Assembly: GCA_023228045.1 (NCBI GenBank)
Contig: JALOBY010000003.1
Coordinates: 1,294-65,293, forward strand
DNA length: 64,000 nt
Source: Endomicrobiales bacterium
Lineage (GTDB): Bacteria; Elusimicrobiota; Endomicrobiia; Endomicrobiales; JALOBY01
Reading direction: 5' to 3'
A program made the position numbers and the translations under genes. The notes under the pieces are model-generated. The model was not told the origin of the DNA and ran no database searches. It saw only the letters and a program-made list of their open reading frames with translations. This document shows, piece by piece, positions 35,259 to 45,239 of the stretch (positions within the stretch are counted from its first letter, which is position 1; each line of letters opens with the position of its first letter).

Positions 35259-36497
35259 TTAGTTTAGCCCGCGCAGTTTTTTAACTTCTTTTATTATCTG
35301 CGGTATAATCTCGTAAAGGTCACCTTCAATTGCGTAATTGGCAACCTTCATTATAGGGGCACTTGCATCTTTGTTGATGGCAATTATTGTGTCGGATGAG
35401 GACATACCAACAAGATGTTGAATTTGACCCGAAATTCCGCATGCGATATAAATTTTAGGGCCCACTGTTCTTCCAGTCTGTCCAACTTGATGAGAGTAAG
35501 GTATCCATTCAGCATCTACCGCCGCTCTTGATGCGCCAACTGCTCCGCCAAGACATTCCGCAAGCTCCTCAATAAGTTTAAAGCCTTCGGGTTTCCCAAG
35601 GCCTCTTCCACCGGAACATATAACATCCGCATCGGATATGTTTATTTTTGCGGAGAGATCTTTTATGTAATTTACGAACTTTGTTCTGTTGATTATTTTT
35701 GAAGCATCAATTGTTTCTTTAATTATTTCGCCGCGTCTGTTTGAATCCGGTGTTAGAGGTTTAAAAACTTTGTGACGAACAGTTGCCATTTGCGGGCGAA
35801 ACCTTGGACAAAGAATTGTTGCCATAATGTTGCCACCAAATGCTGGCCGCGTTTGCTGCAAGTTGCGTGTTTGCGGGTCAATGTCTAAAGCGGTACAGTC
35901 GGCGGTTAAACCTGTATAAATATCTGCCGCAACACGCGAAGCAAAAGACCTGCCTATATTTGTTGCACCCATCAACACTATTTCTGGTTTTTTTTGCTCT
36001 ATAAAATGAGCAAGAACATCACTGTATGGGTCGTCTTGAAATTCAAAGAGAATTGGGTCGTCAAAAACAAAAACTTTATCGGCACCATAAGCAATAAGTT
36101 CCGGTGCTTTGTTTTCAATTTTATAACCTATTAAAATTGCACTTAAGGGCACCTGTAATTTGTCGGCTAACTCCCTGCCTTTTGAAAGAAGCTCAAAAAC
36201 CACCGAAGATACTTCCCCATGGCGTTGTTCCGCGTAGACCCATACACCTTTGTAGTGCGAAATGTCTTTATCAAGATGTATTGACGCTTCTTTTATAAGG
36301 TGAACCGCATTAAATTTTTTACATGCCTGTACACATGCTCCGCAGAATGTGCACTTATTTAAATCAATAATCGCAAGTTTGAATTTGTTAGGGTGTTCTA
36401 GGCGTTCTGCCATAGATATCGCGCCAAATAGGCAATCTTTAAAACACAGACCACAGCCTATACATTTTTCAGGTATAATATTAATTTGGTTTGGCAT
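35259..36497 (-). CDS. etfA: electron transfer flavoprotein alpha subunit with an N-terminal 2x[4Fe-4S] ferredoxin domain
   Basis: 412 aa. It has CIGCGLCFKDC and CTFCGACVQAC, followed by the EtfA core (..GGRGLG.., ..IGQTGRTVGPKIYIACGISGQIQH..). Confidence 0.85.
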   Translation of the reverse strand: MPNQINIIPEKCIGCGLCFKDCLFGAISMAERLEHPNKFKLAIIDLNKCTFCGACVQACKKFNAVHLIKEASIHLDKDISHYKGVWVYAEQRHGEVSSVVFELLSKGRELADKLQVPLSAILIGYKIENKAPELIAYGADKVFVFDDPILFEFQDDPYSDVLAHFIEQKKPEIVLMGATNIGRSFASRVAADIYTGLTADCTALDIDPQTRNLQQTRPAFGGNIMATILCPRFRPQMATVRHKVFKPLTPDSNRRGEIIKETIDASKIINRTKFVNYIKDLSAKINISDADVICSGGRGLGKPEGFKLIEELAECLGGAVGASRAAVDAEWIPYSHQVGQTGRTVGPKIYIACGISGQIQHLVGMSSSDTIIAINKDASAPIMKVANYAIEGDLYEIIPQIIKEVKKLRGLN

Positions 36498-37277
36498 TTA
36501 AATCAATCCTTTTAATTTACCAATCAATTTTTGGGCAATTTCTTCTGGCGAACCCTCAAGTTTTTCCCCGCCACCTCTTGCGACTGGTGTAAAAACCTTC
36601 ATAACTTGAGTTGGTGAACCAGTGAGCCCTATTTTAGATGTATCCGCTCCAATATCCTGAGCTGTCCACTTTGTAATTATGGCTTTTTTTGATGCCATCA
36701 TACCTTTTAATGAGGGTAAGCGTGGCTTGTTTATTTCTTTTACAACTGATATTAAAGAAGGAAGTGGCATTTCAATAATGTCGTATCCATCCTCCATCAT
36801 TCGTTCAACACGAATTGTGTTTGTTGTTATTTCTTCAATTTTTCTAACATAGGCAACATGAGGTATATCTAACATTTCAGCTACACCAGGTCCAACTTGA
36901 GCTGTGTCGCCATCGGTTGCCTGCTTGCCTGTTAAAATAAGAGAATAATCTCCAATTTTTTTTATGGCCGTGGCAAGTGTGTAAGCAGTTGCCCAAGTGT
37001 CCGCGCCAGCAAATGCCCTGTCGGATACAAGAATTGCATTATCAATTCCGCGCGCAAGAGCTTCCCTTAATATATTTTCCGCTTGAGGTGGCCCCATGGT
37101 AATTACAGTTGTTTTGCCGCCTGTGCGTTCTTTAAGGCGCACAGCTTCTTCTATAGCGTACTCATCAAAAGGATTAATTATCGACTCAACACCCTCTCTT
37201 TTTAATGTATTGGTTGTTGGGTCTAATTGAACATTAGTTGTGTTTGGAACTTGCTTAATGCAAACAATAAAATGCAT
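36498..37277 (-). CDS. etfB: electron transfer flavoprotein beta subunit
   Basis: 259 aa. It has MHFIVCIKQVPNTT.. and ..NPFDEYAIEEAVRLKE.. Confidence 0.85.
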   Translation of the reverse strand: MHFIVCIKQVPNTTNVQLDPTTNTLKREGVESIINPFDEYAIEEAVRLKERTGGKTTVITMGPPQAENILREALARGIDNAILVSDRAFAGADTWATAYTLATAIKKIGDYSLILTGKQATDGDTAQVGPGVAEMLDIPHVAYVRKIEEITTNTIRVERMMEDGYDIIEMPLPSLISVVKEINKPRLPSLKGMMASKKAIITKWTAQDIGADTSKIGLTGSPTQVMKVFTPVARGGGEKLEGSPEEIAQKLIGKLKGLI

Positions 37278-37316
37278 TTTGTAAATGCTCCTTTTGACTG
37301 TACAAAAACTTAGTAC

Positions 37317-38477
37317 TTATTTCTTTGCAGCGCTTTCTTTTATTAACGACAGTGCTATTTCATTGCGTTGAATTTGGCTTGTGCCTTCGTAAATTTGTGT
37401 AATTTTCGCATCGCGCATCATTTTTTCTACAGGATATTCGCGGCTATATCCATAACCGCCGAAAATCTGTACTGCTTGCGTTGTAACTTCCATTGCAACT
37501 TCAGAAGCATACAGCTTTGACATTGCCGATTCTTTTGTTGTTCTTTTCGTTCTATCTGAATCCATCATTCTTGCTGTTGCATATATTAGCGCTCTTGCAG
37601 CTTCAACTTTTGTTGCCATATCAGCCATCATATGTGAAATCGCTTGAAACGAGCAGATTGGCTGACCAAACTGTACTCTTGTTCTTGAGTATGCAACCGC
37701 TTCGTCAAGCGCGCCAGCCGCAATTCCAAGTGCCTGTGCCGCAACACCCGGGCGTGACGAGTCAAGCGTTGACTGAGCAATTATAAGGCCGTGCCCTTCT
37801 TTGCCTAGTAAATTTTCCTTTGGAACCATACAATTATTGAAAATCAATTCTCTGGTTGAAGATGCGCGAATACCCATCTTTTTTTCTTTTTTACCAAACT
37901 CAAAACCTGGAGTGCCTTTTTCAATTATAAAACAAGATATGCCACGGGCACCTCTTGCTGGATTTGTTTTTGCAAACACAGTATATGTTTCGGCATCGCC
38001 AGCATTAGTAATAAAACACTTTGTACCGTTAAGAACATAGAAATCGCCTTCTAACTTTGCTGTTGTTCTCATTGCAGTTGCATCGGAGCCAGCTTCCGGC
38101 TCAGTTAAACCAAATGCCGCAAGTTTTTTACCTGAGGCAATATCTGGAAGATATTTTTTCTTTTGTGCTTCGTTACCGTTGAGAAGTATTGGAAATGTGC
38201 CAAGAGCTGTTGCGGCAAGGCCAAGAGCTATACCACCGTCAATTTTGCAAAGTTCCTCAACTACAAGAACAAGGTCAAGTACCCCGCCGCCAAAACCGCC
38301 GTACTCTGCAGGAATGTAAACGCCGCAAAGATCTGCTTGCGCAAGTTCTTTCATAATTGGCCATGGAAACTCTTCGGTTTCATCGTAGTGTTCTCTAACA
38401 GGTTTTATTTTCTCTATTGCAATTTTTCTCGCCAAATCAACAATCATCTTTTGTTCATCAGATAAAAAATAATCCAT
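37317..38477 (-). CDS. acyl-CoA dehydrogenase (butyryl-CoA dehydrogenase-like)
   Basis: 386 aa. It has ..GLTEPEAGSD.., ..FITNAG.. and ..QIFGGYGYSREYPVEKMMRDAKITQIYEGTSQIQ.. Confidence 0.85.
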   Translation of the reverse strand: MDYFLSDEQKMIVDLARKIAIEKIKPVREHYDETEEFPWPIMKELAQADLCGVYIPAEYGGFGGGVLDLVLVVEELCKIDGGIALGLAATALGTFPILLNGNEAQKKKYLPDIASGKKLAAFGLTEPEAGSDATAMRTTAKLEGDFYVLNGTKCFITNAGDAETYTVFAKTNPARGARGISCFIIEKGTPGFEFGKKEKKMGIRASSTRELIFNNCMVPKENLLGKEGHGLIIAQSTLDSSRPGVAAQALGIAAGALDEAVAYSRTRVQFGQPICSFQAISHMMADMATKVEAARALIYATARMMDSDRTKRTTKESAMSKLYASEVAMEVTTQAVQIFGGYGYSREYPVEKMMRDAKITQIYEGTSQIQRNEIALSLIKESAAKK

Positions 38478-38489
38478 TTACATCCTCCA

Positions 38490-39185
38490 TTATTTTTTCG
38501 CAACACTGTTTTTGATTTTATTTATTGCACGCAAAGCAAAACGCGCGGCGGATTGTTCTGCTTCTTTTTTTGAACGACCAGAACCCTTTGCCACTAAAGT
38601 TTCTTTAATATAAACGCCAACCTCAAAAATTTTTTCGTGATCACTGCCTGATTCATTTAAAACAGCGTATCGCGGTAGTGTTTGGTGGTGTGATTGTGTG
38701 TGCTCTTGGAGTTTGCTTTTTGAGTCACGCACGACAAGGCGTTTTTGCTTATTTAAAAAACCATGAATAAACTTTTTCGCTTGAGTAAAACCAGAATCAA
38801 TGTAAATTGCGGCAACAAGTGCCTCAAAGGCATCTGAGAGTATGCTATCTCTTTTTCTACCGCCATTTGCATCTTCAGCAGTGCCAAGCAATAAATAAAT
38901 TTCTAAGTTAATGGCTTTTGCCCAGCGGGTAAGACCTTGCCCTGAAACAATATACGACTTTAGTTGAGAGAGGCGACCTTCTGCTTCGTTCGGGAATTTA
39001 TTGTAAAGAAATTCTGCCACACAAGCACCAAGAATACTATCGCCAAGGAATTCAAGCCGTTCATTAAACTCATCAGAGTTATTCTCTGAGGCATAGGACT
39101 TATGTGTAAGTGATTTTTCAAGGAGCTTTTTACTTTTAAACTTATAACTTATGGTTTTTTCAAGCTTAGAGAAATTATTCAACAT
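38490..39185 (-). CDS. rnc: ribonuclease III
   Basis: 231 aa. It has the ..ERLEFLGDSIL.. signature and a C-terminal dsRBD (..GSGRSKKEAEQSAA..). Confidence 0.88.
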   Translation of the reverse strand: MLNNFSKLEKTISYKFKSKKLLEKSLTHKSYASENNSDEFNERLEFLGDSILGACVAEFLYNKFPNEAEGRLSQLKSYIVSGQGLTRWAKAINLEIYLLLGTAEDANGGRKRDSILSDAFEALVAAIYIDSGFTQAKKFIHGFLNKQKRLVVRDSKSKLQEHTQSHHQTLPRYAVLNESGSDHEKIFEVGVYIKETLVAKGSGRSKKEAEQSAARFALRAINKIKNSVAKK

Positions 39186-40416
39186 ATCTTTTAATTACAA
39201 TTGCCGCGTTATGCCCGCCAAACCCAAGAGAGTTGGAAAGTGCACAATTTATTTTTATGTCTCTGGCAATATTTGGCACATAGTCAAGGTCGCACTCGGG
39301 GTCTGGTGTTTCGTAGTTTATTGTAGGATGAATAAAACCACCTTTCATGCATGCGAGTATCGCTATTAATTCTACTGCGCCTGCCGCACCAAGTAAATGA
39401 CCTGTCATTGACTTAGTTGACGATATTGGAATACTTCTTGCTCTTTCGCCAAAAACTTTTTTAATTGCAAGTGTTTCTGTTTTGTCGTTATATTCAGTAG
39501 ATGTGCCGTGGGCATTAATATAGTCAATATCGTTAATGCTTACACCAGCATCGTTAATTGCAGTTTTAATTGCTTGAACCGCCGCATCACCGGTGGGGTT
39601 TGGAGCCGTCATGTGATAAGCATCGTCTGAAGCACCATATCCGGCAAGCTCACCATATATGTGTGCTCCACGCTTTTTTGCATGTTCAAGTGTTTCAAGT
39701 ACAACTATACCGGCACCCTCACCCATTAAAAAACCATCTCTGTTTTTATCAAAAGGCCGAGATGCCTTTTGAGGTTCATCATTACGCTCAGAGAGAGCTT
39801 TAATGTTGCAAAAACCGGCAAGGCCAAGAGGTGTTAAAGCGGCCTCAGAACCACCGGATACCATTACATCGGCATCACCATAACGCAGTAAACGCAATGC
39901 GTCCCCAATCGCATGATTTGAGGAAGCACAAGCGCTTGAAATAGCATAGTTTGGACCTGTAAAACCAAAATGAATTGCAACTTCACCTGAGAGCATATTT
40001 GTTATTATCATTGGAATTAGAAATGGGCTTACACGGCGAGGGCCTTTTTCTAAAAGCGTCTTATTTTCTTCTTCAATTACATCCAAACCGCCAATACCAG
40101 TGCCAGTAACTACGCCAATACGAGATAGGTCTTCTTTTGAAAGATCAAGTTTTGAATCATTTACAGCGGCTATTGCGGCTGCAACTCCAAGCTGGGTAAA
40201 ACGCGCCATTCTTCTGGCTTTCTTTCTGTCAAGAAAATTTTCCGGAACAAAATCATTTACTTGCGCCGCAATTTTTGTAGGGTAATTGGTTGTGTCAAAA
40301 CGAGTTAGCAACCCCGCACCGGATTTCCCAATTTTAAGAGAGTTAGAATAAGTTTCAAAACCTATGCCAATAGGCGAAAACACACCTATGCCGGTTATGA
40401 CTACGCGTTTATTCAT
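39175..40416 (-). CDS. fabF: beta-ketoacyl-ACP synthase II
   Basis: 413 aa. It has ..ISSACASSNHAIG.., ..NAHGTSTEYND.. and ..NSLGFGGHNA.. Confidence 0.9.
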   Translation of the reverse strand: MNKRVVITGIGVFSPIGIGFETYSNSLKIGKSGAGLLTRFDTTNYPTKIAAQVNDFVPENFLDRKKARRMARFTQLGVAAAIAAVNDSKLDLSKEDLSRIGVVTGTGIGGLDVIEEENKTLLEKGPRRVSPFLIPMIITNMLSGEVAIHFGFTGPNYAISSACASSNHAIGDALRLLRYGDADVMVSGGSEAALTPLGLAGFCNIKALSERNDEPQKASRPFDKNRDGFLMGEGAGIVVLETLEHAKKRGAHIYGELAGYGASDDAYHMTAPNPTGDAAVQAIKTAINDAGVSINDIDYINAHGTSTEYNDKTETLAIKKVFGERARSIPISSTKSMTGHLLGAAGAVELIAILACMKGGFIHPTINYETPDPECDLDYVPNIARDIKINCALSNSLGFGGHNAAIVIKRYVE

Positions 40417-40452
40417 TGCCTTTTCACCTCTGTAAATAAAAACCGAAACAAC

Positions 40453-40491
40453 AACCAGCTCGCAACTGTAATTAACAATCGCGAGTTGGTT
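40453..40491 (-). terminator. hairpin plus U-rich tract after acpP (intrinsic terminator or attenuator candidate)
   Basis: The minus strand reads aaccaactcgcg-(15 nt)-tgcgagctggtt (10 Watson-Crick pairs plus 1 G-U of 12), followed by gttgtttcggtttttattt. It lies between acpP and fabF. Confidence 0.4.
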
Positions 40492-40512
40492 AATTGTTTT
40501 AAGTTAAATAAA

Positions 40513-40752
40513 TTATTTTTTGTGTGCTTTTATGTAATCTACTGCCTGACCAACCGATTGAATTTTTTCCGCTTCCTCGTCTGGAATTTCCAAACCAAAC
40601 TCTTCTTCAAAAGCCATGACCAACTCAACCGTGTCAAGTGAATCTGCTCCAAGGTCATTTACAAAAGAAGCACCTATTGTAATTTCTGCCGGGTCAACGC
40701 CAAGCTGTTCCTGAATGATTTCTTTTACCTTTGCTTCTATTTCTGCTGACAT
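40513..40752 (-). CDS. acpP: acyl carrier protein
   Basis: 79 aa. ..[20 protein letters not shown].. is the phosphopantetheine Ser motif. Confidence 0.92.
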   Translation of the reverse strand: MSAEIEAKVKEIIQEQLGVDPAEITIGASFVNDLGADSLDTVELVMAFEEEFGLEIPDEEAEKIQSVGQAVDYIKAHKK

Positions 40753-40781
40753 CTGTACGCCCTCCTTTTGGTTTTTGTTTA

Positions 40782-41525
40782 TTATAGGTACATACCGCCG
40801 TTAACGGCGATGACTTGTCCGGTTATATAAGATGAATCTTCAGTGCATAAAAAAACAACTGCTTTTGCTATATCTCGTGCTTCGCCTAAGCGGCCAAGCG
40901 GTATTTGGTCTGCAAGTTTCTTTTTGGCTTCTTCACTTAAGGCATTGGTCATTGCAGTTTTGATAAACCCCGGAGCAACCGCATTTACATTTATATTTCT
41001 TGAAGAAAATTCTCTTGCACAAGTTTTTGTTAGAGCTATTACCCCTCCTTTTGAAGCAGAGTAATTCGCCTGTCCAGCATTGCCCATCTGTCCGACAACT
41101 GAGGCAATGTTAACGATTTTACCGCCGCGGGCTTTGAGCATTACACGACTTACCGCTTTTATACAGTTAAAAACGCCTTTTAGGTTTACCGCAATTACAG
41201 AGTCCCACTCCTGTTCGCTCATGCGCAATATTAGGTTGTCTCTGGTTATGCCGGCATTGTTGATTAGTATATTTATTTTGGAAAATTTGTCAATAGATTT
41301 TTGTATAAGGTTTTCGCACTGTTCAAGCACCGCCACATTCGCCGCAATTGCGAGTGTTTCAACTTTGAACTGTTCTTTAATTTCATTGGCCGTTTGCAAA
41401 GCAAGTGCATCGTTTATGTCTGAAATTACGACAGAGCAACCTTCTGCTGCCAATGCTTCCGCAACAGAGCGGCCAATACCTTGCGCTGAACCCGTAACTA
41501 TTGCTACCTGACCTTTAAGTTTCAT
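40782..41525 (-). CDS. fabG: 3-oxoacyl-ACP reductase
   Basis: 247 aa. It has ..[14 protein letters not shown].., ..NNAGI.. and ..[13 protein letters not shown].. Confidence 0.88.
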   Translation of the reverse strand: MKLKGQVAIVTGSAQGIGRSVAEALAAEGCSVVISDINDALALQTANEIKEQFKVETLAIAANVAVLEQCENLIQKSIDKFSKINILINNAGITRDNLILRMSEQEWDSVIAVNLKGVFNCIKAVSRVMLKARGGKIVNIASVVGQMGNAGQANYSASKGGVIALTKTCAREFSSRNINVNAVAPGFIKTAMTNALSEEAKKKLADQIPLGRLGEARDIAKAVVFLCTEDSSYITGQVIAVNGGMYL

Positions 41526-41540
41526 ACTTGCTTACTCCAA

Positions 41541-42488
41541 TTAATTTAATTTTTGCAGTTCTTCAATTGTTTTATTTAAAGTTTTAAGGTCTTCAACATT
41601 AAGCAGTTTTACTGCTTTTGATATGCGTTTAACCAAACCCGACAAAATCCTTTGCGGGCCAAGTTCAACAAACACATTTACTCCTGCTGATATCATTAGA
41701 GAGATTGAATCTTCCCAAAGAACGGGATGGTTTATTTGCAGAACCAACTTTTCTTTAATGTTTTGTGCTGTAGTTGTAAGTTGCGCATCGCAATTTGTTA
41801 CAACCGGAAATAACGGGTTAGAAAGGTTATAATTACCAAGTTCGGCTTTCATATTTTCTGCAGCCTCAGACATAAGCACACTATGAAACGGCCCGGATAC
41901 ATTTAAAACTACAGCTTTCATAGCACCAGAGCTGGAAGCCAGGTTAACAGCATTTTCAATTGCATCTTTGGAACCAGCAATAACAATTTGACCAGGGCAG
42001 TTAAAATTTACGGCTTCACAAACTCCAAAAGAAGATGAGTTTTTGCAAATTTCCAACACTTTATTCTTTTCAAGACCCATTATTGCCGCCATTGCACCTG
42101 GGTTTTTTATTGATGCGTTTTGAATAAACTCACCGCGGGCTTTTACAAGTTTTAAGCCGTCTTTTAATGAAAACACTTTTGAAGCAGCAAGTGCCGAGTA
42201 TTCACCTAAAGAGTGACCAGCAACAATAATTTCGTGGTTGGCAAGGTTGAAGTTTTTTTCAAACACAGAAAATGCGGCAACGCTTGCAGTAAATATCGCT
42301 GGTTGAGTGTAGCGTGTTTGTTTTAGCAAATCATCAGGGCCTTCAAACATTATCTTTGAAATATCAAAGCCAAGCGATGCATTCGCGACTTCTAATACAG
42401 CTTTTGCTTCCTGAAAATTTTCAGAAAGTTCTTTTGCCATTCCAATATATTGTGAGCCCTGACCTGGAAATATAAGACCAATTTTCAT
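41541..42488 (-). CDS. fabD: malonyl-CoA:ACP transacylase
   Basis: 315 aa. It has ..FPGQGSQYIGM.. and ..GHSLGEYSAL.. Confidence 0.9.
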   Translation of the reverse strand: MKIGLIFPGQGSQYIGMAKELSENFQEAKAVLEVANASLGFDISKIMFEGPDDLLKQTRYTQPAIFTASVAAFSVFEKNFNLANHEIIVAGHSLGEYSALAASKVFSLKDGLKLVKARGEFIQNASIKNPGAMAAIMGLEKNKVLEICKNSSSFGVCEAVNFNCPGQIVIAGSKDAIENAVNLASSSGAMKAVVLNVSGPFHSVLMSEAAENMKAELGNYNLSNPLFPVVTNCDAQLTTTAQNIKEKLVLQINHPVLWEDSISLMISAGVNVFVELGPQRILSGLVKRISKAVKLLNVEDLKTLNKTIEELQKLN

Positions 42489-42492
42489 TTTA

Positions 42493-43488
42493 TCAAACCC
42501 TTAGTACCGCGGCACCCCATGTAAAACCGCCGCCAAATGCTACAAGTTCTACCAGGTCACCCTGTTTTAAACGGCCTTCTTTTCTTGCCTCATCTAAAGC
42601 CACTATTGTGGTTGCAGATGACATATTACCGTATTTTTGCAGATTTACAAAAACTTTGTCAAGTGGGAACTCCATTCTTTTAGCAATGGCTTCAACTATT
42701 CGCAGATTTGCCTGATGAGGAATTAAAAGCGATATATCATTAGCAGTTAAGTTTGCTATTTCAAGCGCTTTTTTTGCGGCTTCAGCCATTTTTGTTACAG
42801 CTACTTTAAAAACTTCTCTCCCTTCCATTTTCATATAATGAAGGCGTTCATCTATTGTTTTTTGAGATGTTGGGTTGCGCGAGCCACCTGCCGGAAGTTT
42901 TAAGAGGTTTTCGTAGTTGCCATCTGCACCAAGGTATATAGATAGAATATTTGATTCCTGATTGGTTGCGCCAAGCACAATGGCACCAGCTCCATCACCT
43001 AATAGCACACATGTATTTCTATCTTGCCAATCTGTTATTTTTGAAAGTGTTTCAGCGCCAATAAGCAAAATCTTTGAATAAGAACCACTCTCTATTAGCC
43101 CTTTTGCAACCCCAAGACCATAAATAAACCCGGTGCATGCCGCAGACATATCAAATGCAAATGCTTTAGTAGCCCCAAGTCCTTTTTGAACAAAACACGC
43201 AGTTGATGGAAAAAACATATCGGGTGTTATTGTAGCAACGATTATCGCGTCTAAATCTTGCGGGGCAACATTTGCCTCTTCTAAGGCCTTTTTTGCGGCT
43301 TTAATTGCGATGTCTGAAGTTGCAATAGAATCATCAACTATTCTGCGTTCTTTAATACCTGTGCGCGTTGTTATCCATTCATCGCTTGTTTGAACAATTT
43401 TTTCAAGTTCTAAATTCGTAAGAACTTTCTCTGGCAAAAACGAACCAGTACCAAGTATTTTCACGCCAATTTTATTCATTCGTGTCAT
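42493..43488 (-). CDS. fabH: beta-ketoacyl-ACP synthase III
   Basis: 331 aa. It has ..MSAACTGFIYGL.., ..IPHQANLRI.. and ..GNMSSATT.. The start could instead be the ATG at 43479. Confidence 0.9.
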   Translation of the reverse strand: MTRMNKIGVKILGTGSFLPEKVLTNLELEKIVQTSDEWITTRTGIKERRIVDDSIATSDIAIKAAKKALEEANVAPQDLDAIIVATITPDMFFPSTACFVQKGLGATKAFAFDMSAACTGFIYGLGVAKGLIESGSYSKILLIGAETLSKITDWQDRNTCVLLGDGAGAIVLGATNQESNILSIYLGADGNYENLLKLPAGGSRNPTSQKTIDERLHYMKMEGREVFKVAVTKMAEAAKKALEIANLTANDISLLIPHQANLRIVEAIAKRMEFPLDKVFVNLQKYGNMSSATTIVALDEARKEGRLKQGDLVELVAFGGGFTWGAAVLRV

Positions 43489-44482
43489 CCAATGTGAATT
43501 TTTTAATCTCTTCTGCTATGTGTTTGTGCACATTTAACTCAGCATAATGACCAGCGTTAATTAAAGCATTTTTAATAGCTTTTTCATTTGATCTTCCATG
43601 GCCAATTAAACACGCCCCATTAACACCAAGTAAAGGCGCCCCACCATGCTCAGAGTAATCAACGCGTTTACGCAAATCTTTTAATGCTGCCCATATGAAC
43701 GGTAAAGATATCCATGCAAGAGGGTGTGATTTTAACTCTTCCTTTACTAGTGTCAGCAGCATTTTTGATATACCTTCAGCAAATTTGAGAACCACATTTC
43801 CTACAAAACCATCACAAACAACAACATCGGCTTTACCTGCTGTAATGTCTCGCCCCTCAATGTTACCAATAAAATTCATTCCGGAATTTTTTAATGTATT
43901 GTATGTTTCAATGGTGAGTTCATTGCCTTTGGTTTCCTCTTCACCTATTGAAAGTAAACCGATTGTCGGGTTTTTAATTCCAAATAATTTTTCAGTATAA
44001 ATTCTGCCCATGAGTGCGAACTCTAATAGATGTTTTGGCTTGCAGTCGGAGTTTGCACCAACATCAATTAGTACTGTTTGCCCGCAAGATGTTGGTAAAA
44101 TTGCAGTTATAGCTGGCCTGCTTATACCCTCAATTCTTCCAAGGTAAATCATTGCGGCGGCCATTGCCGCACCAGAGTTGCCAGCTGTAAAAAATGCATC
44201 GGCTTTGTTTTCCGCTACAAGCAAAGCTGCAACAACTATAGATGAGTTTTTTTTCTGCCGTACGGCTTGGGCAGGATGATCATCCATTGTTATTATTTCG
44301 TCGGCATTTACTATAGATATATTGGGTGGTATTTTTTTATGGCGTGCAAGCTCTAACTTAAGTACAGCTTCTTGGCCAACAAGAATTATCTCGTGGTTTG
44401 TTTGCGCAGCAGCCAAAAGTGCGCCAGAAACTGTTACGGAAGGAGCATTGTCGCCACCCATTGCATCAAGGGCAAGACGCAT
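43472..44482 (-). CDS. plsX: phosphate acyltransferase PlsX
   Basis: 336 aa. It has MRLALDAMGGDNAP.. and ..VVCDGFVGNVVLK.. Confidence 0.9.
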   Translation of the reverse strand: MRLALDAMGGDNAPSVTVSGALLAAAQTNHEIILVGQEAVLKLELARHKKIPPNISIVNADEIITMDDHPAQAVRQKKNSSIVVAALLVAENKADAFFTAGNSGAAMAAAMIYLGRIEGISRPAITAILPTSCGQTVLIDVGANSDCKPKHLLEFALMGRIYTEKLFGIKNPTIGLLSIGEEETKGNELTIETYNTLKNSGMNFIGNIEGRDITAGKADVVVCDGFVGNVVLKFAEGISKMLLTLVKEELKSHPLAWISLPFIWAALKDLRKRVDYSEHGGAPLLGVNGACLIGHGRSNEKAIKNALINAGHYAELNVHKHIAEEIKKFTLDDTNE

Positions 44483-44721
44483 TACTTTTTACCTTCTGTT
44501 GTTTGTTCGCTTTCTTTTTTTTGCTCGGCAGTTTTTTTCTTTTCTTTTTTAGGAACTATCAGTTCACCGTTGTAAAAACCACATGCCTTACAAATTCTAT
44601 GCGGTAGTTTTGCGGCACCACAGTTTGGACACTTTGATGAATTTTCAGCTTTAATTGTCCAGTTTGATGCTCTGCGGCTATCTCTTCTACTTTGGGAATG
44701 TTTCTTTTTTGGATTTGGCAC
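44482..44721 (-). CDS. rpmF: 50S ribosomal protein L32 with a Lys/Glu-rich C-terminal tail
   Basis: It has MPNPKKKHSQSRRDSRR.. and ..CPNCGAAKLPHRICKACGFY.. It is 79 aa, against a typical length of about 57-60 aa. It has a TAATG overlap with plsX. Confidence 0.85.
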   Translation of the reverse strand: MPNPKKKHSQSRRDSRRASNWTIKAENSSKCPNCGAAKLPHRICKACGFYNGELIVPKKEKKKTAEQKKESEQTTEGKK

Positions 44722-44739
44722 TGTTCCTCCATTATTTGA

Positions 44740-45195
44740 TTATTTTAATAGATTTTTTAGTTTGCTCCAGCGAGTGTCAATAGGTTTATTGTCACTGCAA
44801 GTGCAACTTTCTTTGTTTTTTGACACTCCGCAAACCTGACAAAGGCCAAGGCAATCATTTTTACAAAGAGTGTTTTGGGGAATAAATAAAATTATATCTT
44901 CCCTCAGCTGTTCGGACACATTAATTTCTTGTGTTTCAACTGGGTAAAACTTAACATCGGAAAGATTAATTGGAAGCTTAAACTCTTCAAGACATCTAGC
45001 ACATACAGCATTGATAACGCCAGAGATAGCATAATTAATAGTAAAGCCACCATCAATAAAATTAGCTGTATAATTAACCCCAATGTTTTGGGCTTTTACA
45101 AGCTCACCAACATTTTCAAAAACAAGGCCTTCACTGCTGCCATGCAAAGTGCCTTGTTTTTTTATGTTTTCTGTTTTGAGAATTATATCTTTCAT
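44740..45195 (-). CDS. yceD: YceD/DUF177 family protein
   Basis: It has ..CARCLEEF.. and ..CKNDCLGLCQVCG..C.C.., and sits in the canonical position upstream of rpmF. The track start is TTG 45216. ATG 45195 is used here, but the start is uncertain. Confidence 0.7.
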   Translation of the reverse strand: MKDIILKTENIKKQGTLHGSSEGLVFENVGELVKAQNIGVNYTANFIDGGFTINYAISGVINAVCARCLEEFKLPINLSDVKFYPVETQEINVSEQLREDIILFIPQNTLCKNDCLGLCQVCGVSKNKESCTCSDNKPIDTRWSKLKNLLK

Positions 45196-45239
45196 TGTTG
45201 CACATCCAAAGAACAAATTTTTGCTATTATAAGGTTTGC

